Below are positions 25,650 through 35,574 of a stretch of DNA of 64,000 nucleotides, piece after piece (within the stretch, counting starts at the first letter, position 1; the number at the start of each line of letters is the position of its first letter). Position numbers and translations under genes: made by a program. Below the pieces are notes generated by a model that did no database searches, was not told the origin of the DNA, and saw only the letters and a program-made list of their open reading frames with translations. The DNA lies in assembly GCA_963714155.1 (NCBI GenBank), contig OY970236.1:1028028-1092027 (forward strand). Reading direction: 5' to 3'. This DNA comes from an uncultured Solirubrobacterales bacterium (GTDB lineage Bacteria; Actinomycetota; Thermoleophilia; Solirubrobacterales; 70-9).

Positions 25650-26276
25650 TCAAGCTGAGAGCCGGAAGGGCGGGTAGTCGTCGGTGACCAGCGTGAAGGC
25701 GTAGCCGACGACGCGGTTGTGCCAGCGCAGCGTGCCCTCGACGAATTTGAAGATTCCCCGCGGGTAGCGGCCGGTAAAGAGGATCGCGAACCAGGCCCCG
25801 ATCACGGCGAAGAAGACGCCGATGTAGAGGAAGAAGAGCACGATGTAGTGCGGGATCGCCAGCAGCCACTTGACCAGGGGCATGCCGCGCTGCAGGCGCT
25901 CGGCATCGGGGTAGGCGAAGTCGAGGCGGACCGCCTGCTGTTTCTCGGTCGAGGGATATTCGTCGTCCATCAAGAGCACGTAGACGCCGATCCGGTTGCC
26001 GAAGCGCAGCAGTTCGAGGTTCCAGTCGTACCACCAGCGGGGGTAGACCTTCCTGAACAGCAGCATCAGCACGATCGGGAGGAAGATGATGCTGCCGGCG
26101 GCGATCGCGCCGCCGTAGGCTTCGCCGCCGGTGCTGCCGGCGAGCTCCGAGCCAGGCAGCAGCCCTGCGACGATCGCGATCGGGATCACGGCGAAGATCC
26201 GGAAAAAGGTCGACAGCCGGTTGAGCTCACGCTCCGGGTAGTCGACTGAGAACGAGACTGGGTAGGACGGTGGCAT
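25650..26276 (-). CDS. DUF4389 family membrane protein
   Basis: MPPSYPVSFSVDYPERELNRLSTFFRIFAVIPIAIV and LVKWLLAIPHYIVLFFL match the DUF4389 signature as I remember it. Confidence 0.7.
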   Translation of the reverse strand: MPPSYPVSFSVDYPERELNRLSTFFRIFAVIPIAIVAGLLPGSELAGSTGGEAYGGAIAAGSIIFLPIVLMLLFRKVYPRWWYDWNLELLRFGNRIGVYVLLMDDEYPSTEKQQAVRLDFAYPDAERLQRGMPLVKWLLAIPHYIVLFFLYIGVFFAVIGAWFAILFTGRYPRGIFKFVEGTLRWHNRVVGYAFTLVTDDYPPFRLSA

Positions 26277-26336
26277 CTCTCCCCCTAGGTCGCGGGTTTG
26301 TGCAGATGCTTACGAGTCTCCCGGCGGTATTCCTCC

Positions 26337-27740
26337 TCAGTCCGCTGCGGGGACGCCGCCGGCGACGACGTTTACGAAGTTCTCCAGGTGGCGGGTGGTC
26401 CAGCACTCGAAGGCGCCGTCGCAGTAGCGCTCGTAGGCGGCCATCACCGAGTCGCCGTAGTTCCAGTAGAGCTTCGGCTCGGGGTTGAGCCAGAAGAGCC
26501 GCCCGGCCCGTTCGGAGACCTGGGCGAAGACGTCGGCGTGGGGCTCGCGGCCGTTGGTGCGGGCGTCGCCGAGCACGATCACGGTCGATCGCGGGTCGAG
26601 ATCGTCGGAGATCTCGCCGAGGAACTCGAGCCAGACGCGGCCGTAGTCGGTGTAACCGGAGACGTCGGCAACGCCGCCCTCGCTGGAGATGCGCTGGGCG
26701 ATCACGCGGAAGTCACGCTCGTGCTCGAAGACGTCGGTGACCTCGGAGATGCGCTCGATGAAGACGAAGCTGCGCAGCTTGCGGAAGGAGTCGTGCAGGG
26801 CGTGCAGGACGGAGAGGAAGAAGACGCTGGCCGAGGTGACCGAGGTGGAGACGTCGCAGAGCACGTAGATCTCCGGCCGCCGCGGGCGCTTGGGCCGGTA
26901 GCGCAGGTGCATCGGCACGCCGCCGGTCTCCAGCGAGCCGCGCATCGTTCGCCGCACGTCGATGCTGCGGCCCTTGCGCCGGCCGCGCTGCTCGTGGCCG
27001 AGTGTCGCCAGCCGCCGCTTCATCTGCGAGACGGCGCGGTGGACCGCGGCCAGATCCTGGGTCGGGCTGGTCGGCAGCGCCCGGTCGAGCTCGGCTAGCG
27101 GACGCGAGGGGGGAAGGGTGGAGGTGCGCTCGATCAGGTCGCGCTCGAGTTCGCGGCGCAGGTGGCGCTCGAAGGCGTTGAGCTGCTCGCGGTCGATCGG
27201 CGGCAACTCGGCGGCGCCGTCCTCGGCCGGCGCCTGGGTACCCGCCGCCAGTCCCAAGGTGCGGCGGATCCGCTGCACGTCGACGCCGACCACGCCCGAG
27301 CCCTCGCCCTGGTTGCCGAAGGCCGAGATCGCCAGCCGCGCCAGGTCGCGCAACGTGTCTTCGTCGCCCTCGATGATCGCCTGGCGCACCTGCTCGCGCA
27401 GCTCGTCGATGTCGAGCCGCTCGGCTCCCTCGTGGCGCTGCTCGCGTTCCTCGACCCCCCGCGCCACCGCCTCGGTCTCGGCGGCGCGGAAGAACCAGCG
27501 CTCGAACAGCAGCTCGAACAGGCGGCGGTCCTCCTGCGACTTGGCGATCGTCGTCGCCAGCGCCTCGCGGAAGTCCTCGCGCGAGGTCCAGGCCACCTCC
27601 TCGAGCGCGGCGAAGGCGTCGAGGATCTCCGAGGTGCCGACGGCGACGCCCTCGCTGCGCAGCTCCTCGCAGAAGCCGAGCAGCTTGGCGGCGAGCCCCG
27701 GCGGGCCCGCCTCAGCCTTGGGGCCGTACGGGCTCGGCAA
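26337..27740 (-). CDS. VWA-domain protein, CoxE-like
   Basis: 467 aa. The C-terminal VWA domain has the MIDAS motif IYVLCDVSTSV and later VIVLGDARTNG. The N-terminal helical region is as in CoxE-type proteins. The TTG start overlaps moxR by 29 nt. Confidence 0.8.
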   Translation of the reverse strand: MPSPYGPKAEAGPPGLAAKLLGFCEELRSEGVAVGTSEILDAFAALEEVAWTSREDFREALATTIAKSQEDRRLFELLFERWFFRAAETEAVARGVEEREQRHEGAERLDIDELREQVRQAIIEGDEDTLRDLARLAISAFGNQGEGSGVVGVDVQRIRRTLGLAAGTQAPAEDGAAELPPIDREQLNAFERHLRRELERDLIERTSTLPPSRPLAELDRALPTSPTQDLAAVHRAVSQMKRRLATLGHEQRGRRKGRSIDVRRTMRGSLETGGVPMHLRYRPKRPRRPEIYVLCDVSTSVTSASVFFLSVLHALHDSFRKLRSFVFIERISEVTDVFEHERDFRVIAQRISSEGGVADVSGYTDYGRVWLEFLGEISDDLDPRSTVIVLGDARTNGREPHADVFAQVSERAGRLFWLNPEPKLYWNYGDSVMAAYERYCDGAFECWTTRHLENFVNVVAGGVPAAD

Positions 27741-28593
27741 GCTTCACCCCGACTCGCTCGGCGACCAGCTCGATGTCGGTGCGGTGCTTGACGATGATCG
27801 ACATCGACTGCTCGAAGGTCTCGCGATCGATGTCCTCGCTCCCCATCAGCAGCAGCGTGCGCGCCCAGTCGATCGACTCGGCGATCGAGGGCGGCTTCTT
27901 CAAATCGAGGTCGCGGATCATCCGCACCACCTCGACCATGCGGCGGGCCAGCGACTCCTGCAGCTCCGGCGCGTGCAGGCGGACTATCTCCATCTCCCGC
28001 TCGAGGTCGGGGTAGTCGAGCCAGAGGTAGAGGCAGCGGCGCTTCAGCGCCTCGGTCAGCTCGCGCGAGTTGTTCGAGGTGAGGATCACGATCGGCATCG
28101 TCGTCGCCGAGACCTGGCCCAGCTCGGGGATCGTGATCTGGAAGTCGGAGAGCAGCTCGAGCAGCATCGCCTCGAACTCCTGGTCGGTCTTGTCGATCTC
28201 GTCGATCAGCAGCACCACCGGCTCGGGGCTGGCGATCGCCTGCATCAGCGGCCGCTCGAGCAGGAACTCCTTGTCGAAGATGTCGCCGTGGACGTCCTCC
28301 CAGCCGTCCTCGCCGCCGGCCTGGATGCGCAGCAGCTGCTTGCGGTAGTTCCACTCATAGAGCGCCTTGGCCTCGTCGAGGCCCTCGTAGCACTGCAGGC
28401 GGATCAGCTCACGACCGGTGGCGCGGGAGAGCGCCTTGGCCAGCTCGGTCTTGCCGACCCCCGCCGGGCCCTCGACCAGGACCGGCTTGCCGAGGCGCTG
28501 GGCCAGGAAGGAGACCAGCGCGGCGGGCTCGTCGGCGAGGTAGCCGACCTCGGCGAGCGCCTTCTTAACCTCAGCTGCGGACCCATCGGCCAT
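27712..28593 (-). CDS. MoxR-family AAA+ ATPase (CoxD-like)
   Basis: 293 aa. Walker A is VEGPAGVGKTELAKAL and Walker B is VLLIDEIDK. ILTSN and the sensor regions follow. Confidence 0.9.
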   Translation of the reverse strand: MADGSAAEVKKALAEVGYLADEPAALVSFLAQRLGKPVLVEGPAGVGKTELAKALSRATGRELIRLQCYEGLDEAKALYEWNYRKQLLRIQAGGEDGWEDVHGDIFDKEFLLERPLMQAIASPEPVVLLIDEIDKTDQEFEAMLLELLSDFQITIPELGQVSATTMPIVILTSNNSRELTEALKRRCLYLWLDYPDLEREMEIVRLHAPELQESLARRMVEVVRMIRDLDLKKPPSIAESIDWARTLLLMGSEDIDRETFEQSMSIIVKHRTDIELVAERVGVKLAEPVRPQG

Positions 28594-28870
28594 GGGGGCG
28601 ATGATAATCGGCGCTGTGCTCGACCTCGTCCTGCCGCTCGCCGCGCTGCTGCCGCACAGCGCCAGCCCCTACATCGCGCTGATGCTGATCGGCTTCGCGA
28701 TCGGCATCCTCGGCCACCTCAGCTCGGCCCGCTGGCTCGTCGCCGCCGGCATCATCCTGATCTTCCTCGGCGCCCTGCTCTTCCCGCTGGCGGTCAACTT
28801 CACCCAGGAGAGTCCGCGCGAGATCGAGCTGCCCGAAGAAGCGCCGCGGTCCCTGGAAACGATTCGCTAG
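28592..28870 (+). CDS. Small membrane protein (3 TM), unknown function
   Basis: 92 aa with strongly GC3-biased codons, so it appears to be genuinely coding. Its ATG (28592-28594) shares two bases with the divergent moxR ATG (28593-28591). The alternative ATG at 28601 is 3 codons downstream. Confidence 0.55.
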   Translation: MGAMIIGAVLDLVLPLAALLPHSASPYIALMLIGFAIGILGHLSSARWLVAAGIILIFLGALLFPLAVNFTQESPREIELPEEAPRSLETIR

Positions 28871-28930
28871 GACGCACCCGCTAGCGTTACTGCTTCGCCA
28901 ACCCGATCCTCGTCCAGGAGGCCCACAGCT

Positions 28931-30049
28931 TTGAGCAGAGTTCGCATCCTTTCCGTTTTCATCGCGCTGATCGCGTTGACGTCGGCTTTTGCCGCCTGCG
29001 GCGGCGGCAGCAGCGACGATCCGCAGTCGGTCGTCGACGAAGCGACGCTGCAGGGGATTGAAAGCGGCGTGATCAACCTCGCCGTCGACGTCGACGTGCA
29101 GGGTGATAAAGGCGGCAAGTTCGACGTCAAGCTCTCCGGCCCGTTCCAGAGCGAAAGCGGCGCGGAGCTGCCCGAACTGGACCTCGCCGCCTCGGCCAAG
29201 GGATCGCTGGGCGGCAAAGACCTGAACCGCGAAGGCGGCGTCACCCTGCTCGGCAGCAAGGCCTACGTCGCTTACGAAGGAACCGAGTACGAAGTCGACT
29301 CGACCACCTTCGGCTTCGTCAAATCGCTGCTCAAACAGCAGGGTGGGGGCCAGAACCAGTCGAGCGAAATCGCCGCCTGTCAGGAGGCCGCGAGCGGTCT
29401 CGAACTTGCCGATTTCGTCGAAGGCCTCAAGGACGAGGGCAGCGCTGACGTCGGCGGCACGAGCACGACCAAGATCAGCGGTGACCTCGATGGGCCGGCG
29501 GCGGTCGAAGCGGTCAGCGAGCTGGTCGATGACCCCGCCTGCAGCGAACAGCTGGAAGCGGCCGGCCCGCTTCCCTCGGCGGCGGAACTCGAGAAAGCCA
29601 AGAGCACCGTGCGGGACTCGATCAAGTCTGCCCACGTCGATCTGTACGTCGGCGACGATCACATCGTCCGCCGCATCTCGGCAAAAGCGACGATCGAACC
29701 GTCGAAGGACTCGGAAACCGGGGCGAAGCGGGTTGACCTCGATCTGGACCTGACCCTGACCGGCGTCAACGAGGAGCAGACGATCTCGGCGCCGGGCAAT
29801 GCCAGGCCGCTCAGCGACCTCTTCATCAAGCTGGGGGTCAACCCGATCGAACTGCTCGGCGCTTTCCAGAACAGCGGCGGTGTGGGGGGTCTCGGTGGTC
29901 TGCTGGAAGGCCTTGACAGCGCCGGCGGCGGCTCCTCGGGTGGCAGCGGCAACAGCAACTCGGGTGGCGGCAAAGAGTCCTATTACGAATGCCTGGGTGA
30001 AGCCGACACGCCGGTTGACATCCAGGACTGCACGGGGCACCTCCAGTAG
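28931..30049 (+). CDS. Secreted lipoprotein, unknown function, Gly/Ser-rich C-terminal tail with a CxxxC-like end
   Basis: The TTG start is preceded by ccaggagg. The signal plus lipobox is IALIALTSAFAACGGGS. The body is Asp/Glu/Lys-rich and beta-like. The tail is GGSSGGSGNSNSGGG...YYECLGEADTPVDIQDCTGHLQ. Confidence 0.55.
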   Translation: MSRVRILSVFIALIALTSAFAACGGGSSDDPQSVVDEATLQGIESGVINLAVDVDVQGDKGGKFDVKLSGPFQSESGAELPELDLAASAKGSLGGKDLNREGGVTLLGSKAYVAYEGTEYEVDSTTFGFVKSLLKQQGGGQNQSSEIAACQEAASGLELADFVEGLKDEGSADVGGTSTTKISGDLDGPAAVEAVSELVDDPACSEQLEAAGPLPSAAELEKAKSTVRDSIKSAHVDLYVGDDHIVRRISAKATIEPSKDSETGAKRVDLDLDLTLTGVNEEQTISAPGNARPLSDLFIKLGVNPIELLGAFQNSGGVGGLGGLLEGLDSAGGGSSGGSGNSNSGGGKESYYECLGEADTPVDIQDCTGHLQ

Positions 30050-30105
30050 TCGCGTTCCTCCGCACTCCATATGGCTGGCCCTATCTGCTGACGCCGCTGA
30101 TCCCG

Positions 30106-31146
30106 TTGGCGGTGGTGCTGGACGTGATCGGCGCCGCCGCCGGGGCGGTGTTTGCCGCCTCGGCCCTGGGGATCGTGCCGACGGCGGCGCTGATGGGTCG
30201 CGCCACCGAGGAGCTGGCGGCCCGTTCGGGCCCCGGCATCGGCGGGCTGCTCAACGTCACCTTCGGCAACGCGCCGGAGCTGATCATCGCCCTCTTCGCC
30301 CTGCAGAAGGGCCTGCAGGAGGTGGTCAAGGCCTCGATCGTCGGCTCGATCATCGGCAACATCCTGCTCGTGCTCGGCGCGGCGATGCTCTTTGGTGGGC
30401 TGGGGCGCGACAAGCAGACCTTCAGCCGCACCACCGCGAGCATCCAGACGACGATGCTGCTGCTCGCCGGGGCGGCGCTGGTGATGCCGGCGATCTTCGA
30501 GCTGGTCGAGGGCAAGGGGCTGCCCTCGCCGGGTGCCGAGGTCGTCGACTATGGCCCGCCGGTCGAGCACCTCTCGCTGGCGGTGGCGATCGTCCTCATC
30601 GCCACCTACGTCGCCGGGCTCTTCTTCTCGCTGAAGACTCACCGCGACATCTTCAATCCCGAGTACGAGGACGAGGGAACCTGGGGCTGGTCGACCCGCA
30701 AGTCGGTTCTGGCCCTGGCCGGGGCGGGGGTGCTGGTCGGCTTGATGTCGGAGGTGCTGGTCGGCTCGATCGAGGAGGCCTCGCACGCGGTCGGCCTCTC
30801 CGAGTTCTTCATCGGCGTGATCGTCGTCGCCATCGTCGGCAACGCGGCCGAGCACTGGGTCGCGGTCCTGGTCGCGATGAAGAACAAGATGGACCTCGCG
30901 GTCAACATCGCGATCGGCTCCAGTGCCCAGGTGGCGCTCTTCGTCGCCCCGATCCTCGTCCTCGCCTCCTTCTTCCTCGGTCCGCACCCGCTGGCCCTCG
31001 TCTTCAACGGCTTCGAGCTCGGCGCGATCCTGATCGCGATCCTGATCGCCAACTACGTCACCCAGGACGGCGAGTCGACCTGGTTCGAGGGCGTGCAGCT
31101 GCTCGCCGTCTACGCCGTCTTCGGCATCGCCTTCTACTACGCCTAG
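30106..31146 (+). CDS. Ca2+/H+ antiporter (CAX / ChaA-like, CaCA superfamily)
   Basis: 346 aa. The two alpha-repeat motifs are GNAPELIIALFAL and GNAAEHWVAVLVA (GNxxE). There are 10-11 TM segments. Confidence 0.85.
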   Translation: MAVVLDVIGAAAGAVFAASALGIVPTAALMGRATEELAARSGPGIGGLLNVTFGNAPELIIALFALQKGLQEVVKASIVGSIIGNILLVLGAAMLFGGLGRDKQTFSRTTASIQTTMLLLAGAALVMPAIFELVEGKGLPSPGAEVVDYGPPVEHLSLAVAIVLIATYVAGLFFSLKTHRDIFNPEYEDEGTWGWSTRKSVLALAGAGVLVGLMSEVLVGSIEEASHAVGLSEFFIGVIVVAIVGNAAEHWVAVLVAMKNKMDLAVNIAIGSSAQVALFVAPILVLASFFLGPHPLALVFNGFELGAILIAILIANYVTQDGESTWFEGVQLLAVYAVFGIAFYYA

Positions 31147-31155
31147 GCTGTCTGC

Positions 31156-32160
31156 GTGGCGGACGGCCTCCTCTTGCTTGTCAGCTTCGCGGTGATCCTC
31201 GCCGGGGCGCTGCTGTTCACCAACGCCGTCGAGTGGATCGGCCATCGGCTCGAGCTCGGCGAGGGCGCGGTCGGCAGCCTGCTGGCCGCCGTCGGCACGG
31301 CGATGCCGGAGACGCTGATCGCGATCGTCGCCTTGGTCGGTACGGCCGAGGGTGGGGACCAAGTCGCGATCGGTGCCATAGTCGGCGCCCCCTTCCTGCT
31401 CGCCACCCTGGCGATGGGCCTGGTTGGGCTCTTCGCCTACCTCTACCGCGAGCGGCGCGAGCAGGGGCTGGAGCTGAAGGCCCACAGGCCGACCCTCGAG
31501 CGCGACCTGCTCTTCTTCCTCGCCTTCTTCGCTCTCTCCCTGGCCCTGGGCTGGGGTGCGCCGGACCCGTTGCGGATCGCGGTTGGGATCCTCGTCCTCC
31601 TCGCCTACCCGGTCTACATCGCCCGCACCCTGCGCGCCGGGGGAGAGGTGCAGGACGAGGAGACGCTCAACCCGCTGGTCTTCGAGCGGCGCTCCGAGCG
31701 GCGCGAAGACCCCGCTCTTGCTCTCTGCATATTGCAGCTGTTGGTCGGCCTCGGCGCGATGGTCGGCGGCGCCCACCTCTTCGTCGAGTCGCTGCTCCAC
31801 ATCGCCGAGAGCCTCGGCGTCGAGGCCGTGGTGCTGGCACTTGTCCTCGCCCCCCTGGCGACCGAGCTGCCGGAGAAGGTCAACAGCTTCTTCTGGGTCC
31901 GCGACGGCAAGGACTCGCTGGCGCTCGGCAACATCAGCGGCGCGATGGTCTTCCAATCGACGATCCCGGTCGGCATCGGCCTCGTCTTCACCGATTGGAA
32001 CCTGAGCACCAACGCCGCCGTCTCGGTCGGCCTCGGCCTCGCCGGCGGCCTGCTTGCCTACGAGGTCCTGCACCGCCGTGGCCGTTTCGGACTTCCGGCC
32101 GTGGTGACCTGGTTCGCGCTCTACGCCAGTTTCATCATCTTTGTCGCTGTGGGCGCCTGA
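31156..32160 (+). CDS. Sodium/calcium exchanger family membrane protein (YrbG-like, CaCA superfamily)
   Basis: 334 aa. The motifs GTAMPETLIAIVA and ATELPEKVNSFFW resemble the alpha-1 and alpha-2 repeats of YrbG-type exchangers. Confidence 0.8.
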   Translation: MADGLLLLVSFAVILAGALLFTNAVEWIGHRLELGEGAVGSLLAAVGTAMPETLIAIVALVGTAEGGDQVAIGAIVGAPFLLATLAMGLVGLFAYLYRERREQGLELKAHRPTLERDLLFFLAFFALSLALGWGAPDPLRIAVGILVLLAYPVYIARTLRAGGEVQDEETLNPLVFERRSERREDPALALCILQLLVGLGAMVGGAHLFVESLLHIAESLGVEAVVLALVLAPLATELPEKVNSFFWVRDGKDSLALGNISGAMVFQSTIPVGIGLVFTDWNLSTNAAVSVGLGLAGGLLAYEVLHRRGRFGLPAVVTWFALYASFIIFVAVGA

Positions 32161-32161
32161 A

Positions 32162-32632
32162 TCAGGCGACAGCGAGCTCAGCCAGCGCCTTGAGCACGAT
32201 GTCGTCGTGCGTTTTCGGCGAGACCTTGGGGAAGACCTTGGCGATCTTGCCCTCGGGGCCGACGATGAAGGTCGCCCGCTGCACGCCCATGTACTTCTTG
32301 CCGTACATCGACTTCTCGACCCAGGCGCCGTAGGCCTCGGCGACGGCGTGGTCGGCGTCGGCCAGGAGGGTGAAGTCGAGGTCGAATTTGCGCGCGAACT
32401 TGTCGACGGCGTCGACCTTGTCGGGGGAGATGCCGATCACGCGGGCGCCAGCCACCTTGTACTCGCCGCTGCGATCGCGCACGCCGCAGGCCTGCGTCGT
32501 GCAGCCAGGGGTGTCAGCCCGCGGATAGAAATAGAGAACGACGGTCTCGCCGCGCAGGCCGGAGAGGCTTACCTCGTTACCGCCTTGGTCGGGCAGGGTG
32601 AAGTCGGGCGCCTTCGCCCCGGCTTCGAGCAT
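32162..32632 (-). CDS. bcp: Thioredoxin-dependent thiol peroxidase Bcp (peroxiredoxin Q)
   Basis: 156 aa. VVLYFYPRADTPGCTTQACG is the classic Bcp active site (PxxxTxxC with a resolving Cys 5 residues later). Confidence 0.9.
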   Translation of the reverse strand: MLEAGAKAPDFTLPDQGGNEVSLSGLRGETVVLYFYPRADTPGCTTQACGVRDRSGEYKVAGARVIGISPDKVDAVDKFARKFDLDFTLLADADHAVAEAYGAWVEKSMYGKKYMGVQRATFIVGPEGKIAKVFPKVSPKTHDDIVLKALAELAVA

Positions 32633-32977
32633 CTACTCGACGTCCTCGCGGCCGGGGTCCTGGCCGTCCTCGTCCTCATCGAGCTCGTCGTCGCCCTGCT
32701 CCAGGGCGGTCTCCGAGACCGAGCCGCTGGCCCCGGGGTGGTAGCTGGTCTGGAAGCTCTCCAGCGCCCGGTCGCGGCCGTCTTCGTCAACCGGGACCTC
32801 GTCGGAGATGCGCACCCACTCGGCGCCCTCGTAGGCCTCCATGTTGAAGACCTCCTGGTCGAGCGAGGTCGAGTCGTCGACGACGACCAGCACCTCGGTC
32901 TGCGGGTTGAAGTAGGTCCCGGGCTGCATCAGCAGCTCCTCGACCTCGTAGAGATTCTCCTCGGCGGCGCCGGCCAT
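32633..32977 (-). CDS. Highly acidic hypothetical protein
   Basis: 114 aa with many Asp/Glu (C-terminus GDDELDEDEDGQDPGREDVE). Its ATG shares one base with the upstream stop (TGATG), and its TAG abuts the bcp ATG. Confidence 0.45.
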   Translation of the reverse strand: MAGAAEENLYEVEELLMQPGTYFNPQTEVLVVVDDSTSLDQEVFNMEAYEGAEWVRISDEVPVDEDGRDRALESFQTSYHPGASGSVSETALEQGDDELDEDEDGQDPGREDVE

Positions 32978-33468
32978 CAGTTGCCCAATCCTATGAAATC
33001 GGCGACCTGTCGCTCGACCTCGGCCTCGACGTCGAGTGGCTCCTCGCCGCGGCGCATGCGCCGTTCGTTGCGGGCGATCACGAGCTGACGTACTTCCGCC
33101 CGCAGTTTCTCGTCGAGATTGCGCTTCTTGCGGCCCTTGCCGCTCAGCTCGGTGTCGAGCAGGGCGGTCATCTCGGCCTCGACGTCGAGCGGCTCCTCGC
33201 CGCGCCGCGTACGCCGGTAGGACTTCGCCTCCAGCATCTGGCGCGCCTCCGCCGCCTGGATTGCCAGGTCGATCTCGGGCGAGGGCTGCGCCAAGCGCGG
33301 TGGCGGCATCGATTGCATGACCCCGAAGCGACCTTTCCCGAGCTCTTTCCAGGCCGGGCCGGAGCGCGCAAACCAGAATGCCGCGAGGGGCAGCACGAAG
33401 AGCGTGATGGCGGCCATCACGTAGCCGCTCTGCAAGTAGGTCAATCCCAGTGGGCAGACCATCGACAC
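32977..33468 (-). CDS. Single-pass membrane protein with a duplicated RR(T/M)RRGEEPLDVEAE motif
   Basis: 163-aa ORF (GTG 33468, ATG 33462). The TM segment is AAITLFVLPLAAFWFA. Two 15-aa repeats are encoded at 33172-33216 and 33019-33063 with near-identical DNA. Confidence 0.5.
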   Translation of the reverse strand: MSMVCPLGLTYLQSGYVMAAITLFVLPLAAFWFARSGPAWKELGKGRFGVMQSMPPPRLAQPSPEIDLAIQAAEARQMLEAKSYRRTRRGEEPLDVEAEMTALLDTELSGKGRKKRNLDEKLRAEVRQLVIARNERRMRRGEEPLDVEAEVERQVADFIGLGN

Positions 33469-33517
33469 AAGGGTAGGGCTATCGCTCGGGCGCCGCTATC
33501 CGGTACCCTTGCCTTGG

Positions 33518-33533
33518 TTGACTGACCAGTCAA
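33518..33533. promoter_or_regulatory. Near-perfect 16-bp palindrome TTGACTGACCAGTCAA in the divergent promoter region upstream of the acyl-CoA dehydrogenase
   Basis: Read directly; 14 of 16 positions are self-complementary. Its 11-mer TGACCAGTCAA recurs at 34912-34922, just upstream of the neighbouring wHTH regulator gene. Confidence 0.4.
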
Positions 33534-33606
33534 TCGGTGGTCGTCGCCCCGTGGCGAGGCCGCATTTCCTAAGGCTTACGCAACGACCAAGAAGGAGCCT
33601 CGACCA

Positions 33607-34839
<1,233 letters not shown>

Positions 34840-34875
34840 GCAGTCCACACCGCTTGGGGCAGGGGCCCCTGGTCA

Positions 34876-34910
34876 AGAGCCGCCGGGTAAGTCCCGGCGG
34901 CTCTTTTTTT
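34876..34910 (+). terminator. Rho-independent terminator after the acyl-CoA dehydrogenase gene
   Basis: 12-bp stem agagccgccggg / cccggcggctct with a 5-nt loop (taagt), followed by a run of T (34905-34910). Confidence 0.85.
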
Positions 34911-34932
34911 CTGACCAGTCAAGACAGCTAAG

Positions 34933-35574
34933 GTGGGCCGGTCGGAGTCAAGCGAGGAGGGGTCCGTGGGCAGTTTTTACGATGACGACGAACTTGGGGT
35001 CGAGAGGTGGTCGCAGCGTTTCGGGACAGATCCCGTGCAGTTTCGCCTGCTGGTCCTGCTCAATGAGCGATCCGCGGGTGTCGCCGAGATCGCGGAGAGA
35101 TTGGAGCTTTCGCAGCCGCTGGCCGCCGAGCACCTCGACAGGATGCTCGAGAAGGGCATGGTCGAGATAACCGGCGAGGTCCTCAACCGGGGTAAGGTCG
35201 AACCGCGCTACCGGGCTGCGGTTCCGGTCATCTGGTCGGATGAGGAGATGGCGGATCTCAGCCTCGCCGAACGCCGCCGCTTGTTGATCTGGATCGCGCA
35301 GACGGTCAGCGGCGACGTCGACGAAGCGCTGGCGTCGGGGACCTTCGTCGCGCGCGACGATGCGCACGCCAGTCGCACCATCCTCCAGGTCGACGAGCAG
35401 GGGTGGGAGGAACTCGTCCGGATCCACGCCGAAGCGCTCGACGCCGTCTTCAGTATTCAGGCGGCCAGCGCCGAACGCCTGGCCGAGGCCAAGCTGGAGG
35501 GCGTCTCCGCGCTCTCGGCGGTCTTCTGCTGTGAGCTGCCTTCCCGCGCGGGGGCGACGAAGGGGCCCGACTAG
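34933..35574 (+). CDS. Winged-helix (ArsR-like) transcriptional regulator with a C-terminal helical domain
   Basis: 213 aa. The HTH region is [42 protein letters not shown]. The family call is approximate. Confidence 0.6.
   Translation: MGRSESSEEGSVGSFYDDDELGVERWSQRFGTDPVQFRLLVLLNERSAGVAEIAERLELSQPLAAEHLDRMLEKGMVEITGEVLNRGKVEPRYRAAVPVIWSDEEMADLSLAERRRLLIWIAQTVSGDVDEALASGTFVARDDAHASRTILQVDEQGWEELVRIHAEALDAVFSIQAASAERLAEAKLEGVSALSAVFCCELPSRAGATKGPD

Noticed and set aside
26962-30070. 640-aa (+, 26962..28884) and 499-aa (-, 28571..30070) ORFs
   Set aside because: They lie antisense to moxR and the VWA gene, and to the lipoprotein gene, respectively. The sequences are low-complexity and no family is recognisable.
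29799-32333. 844-aa (+) and 696-aa (-, 29983..32073) ORFs spanning the two cation-antiporter genes
   Set aside because: These are out-of-frame or antisense readings of clearly membrane-protein-coding DNA. They are extremely Arg/Gly/Pro-rich.
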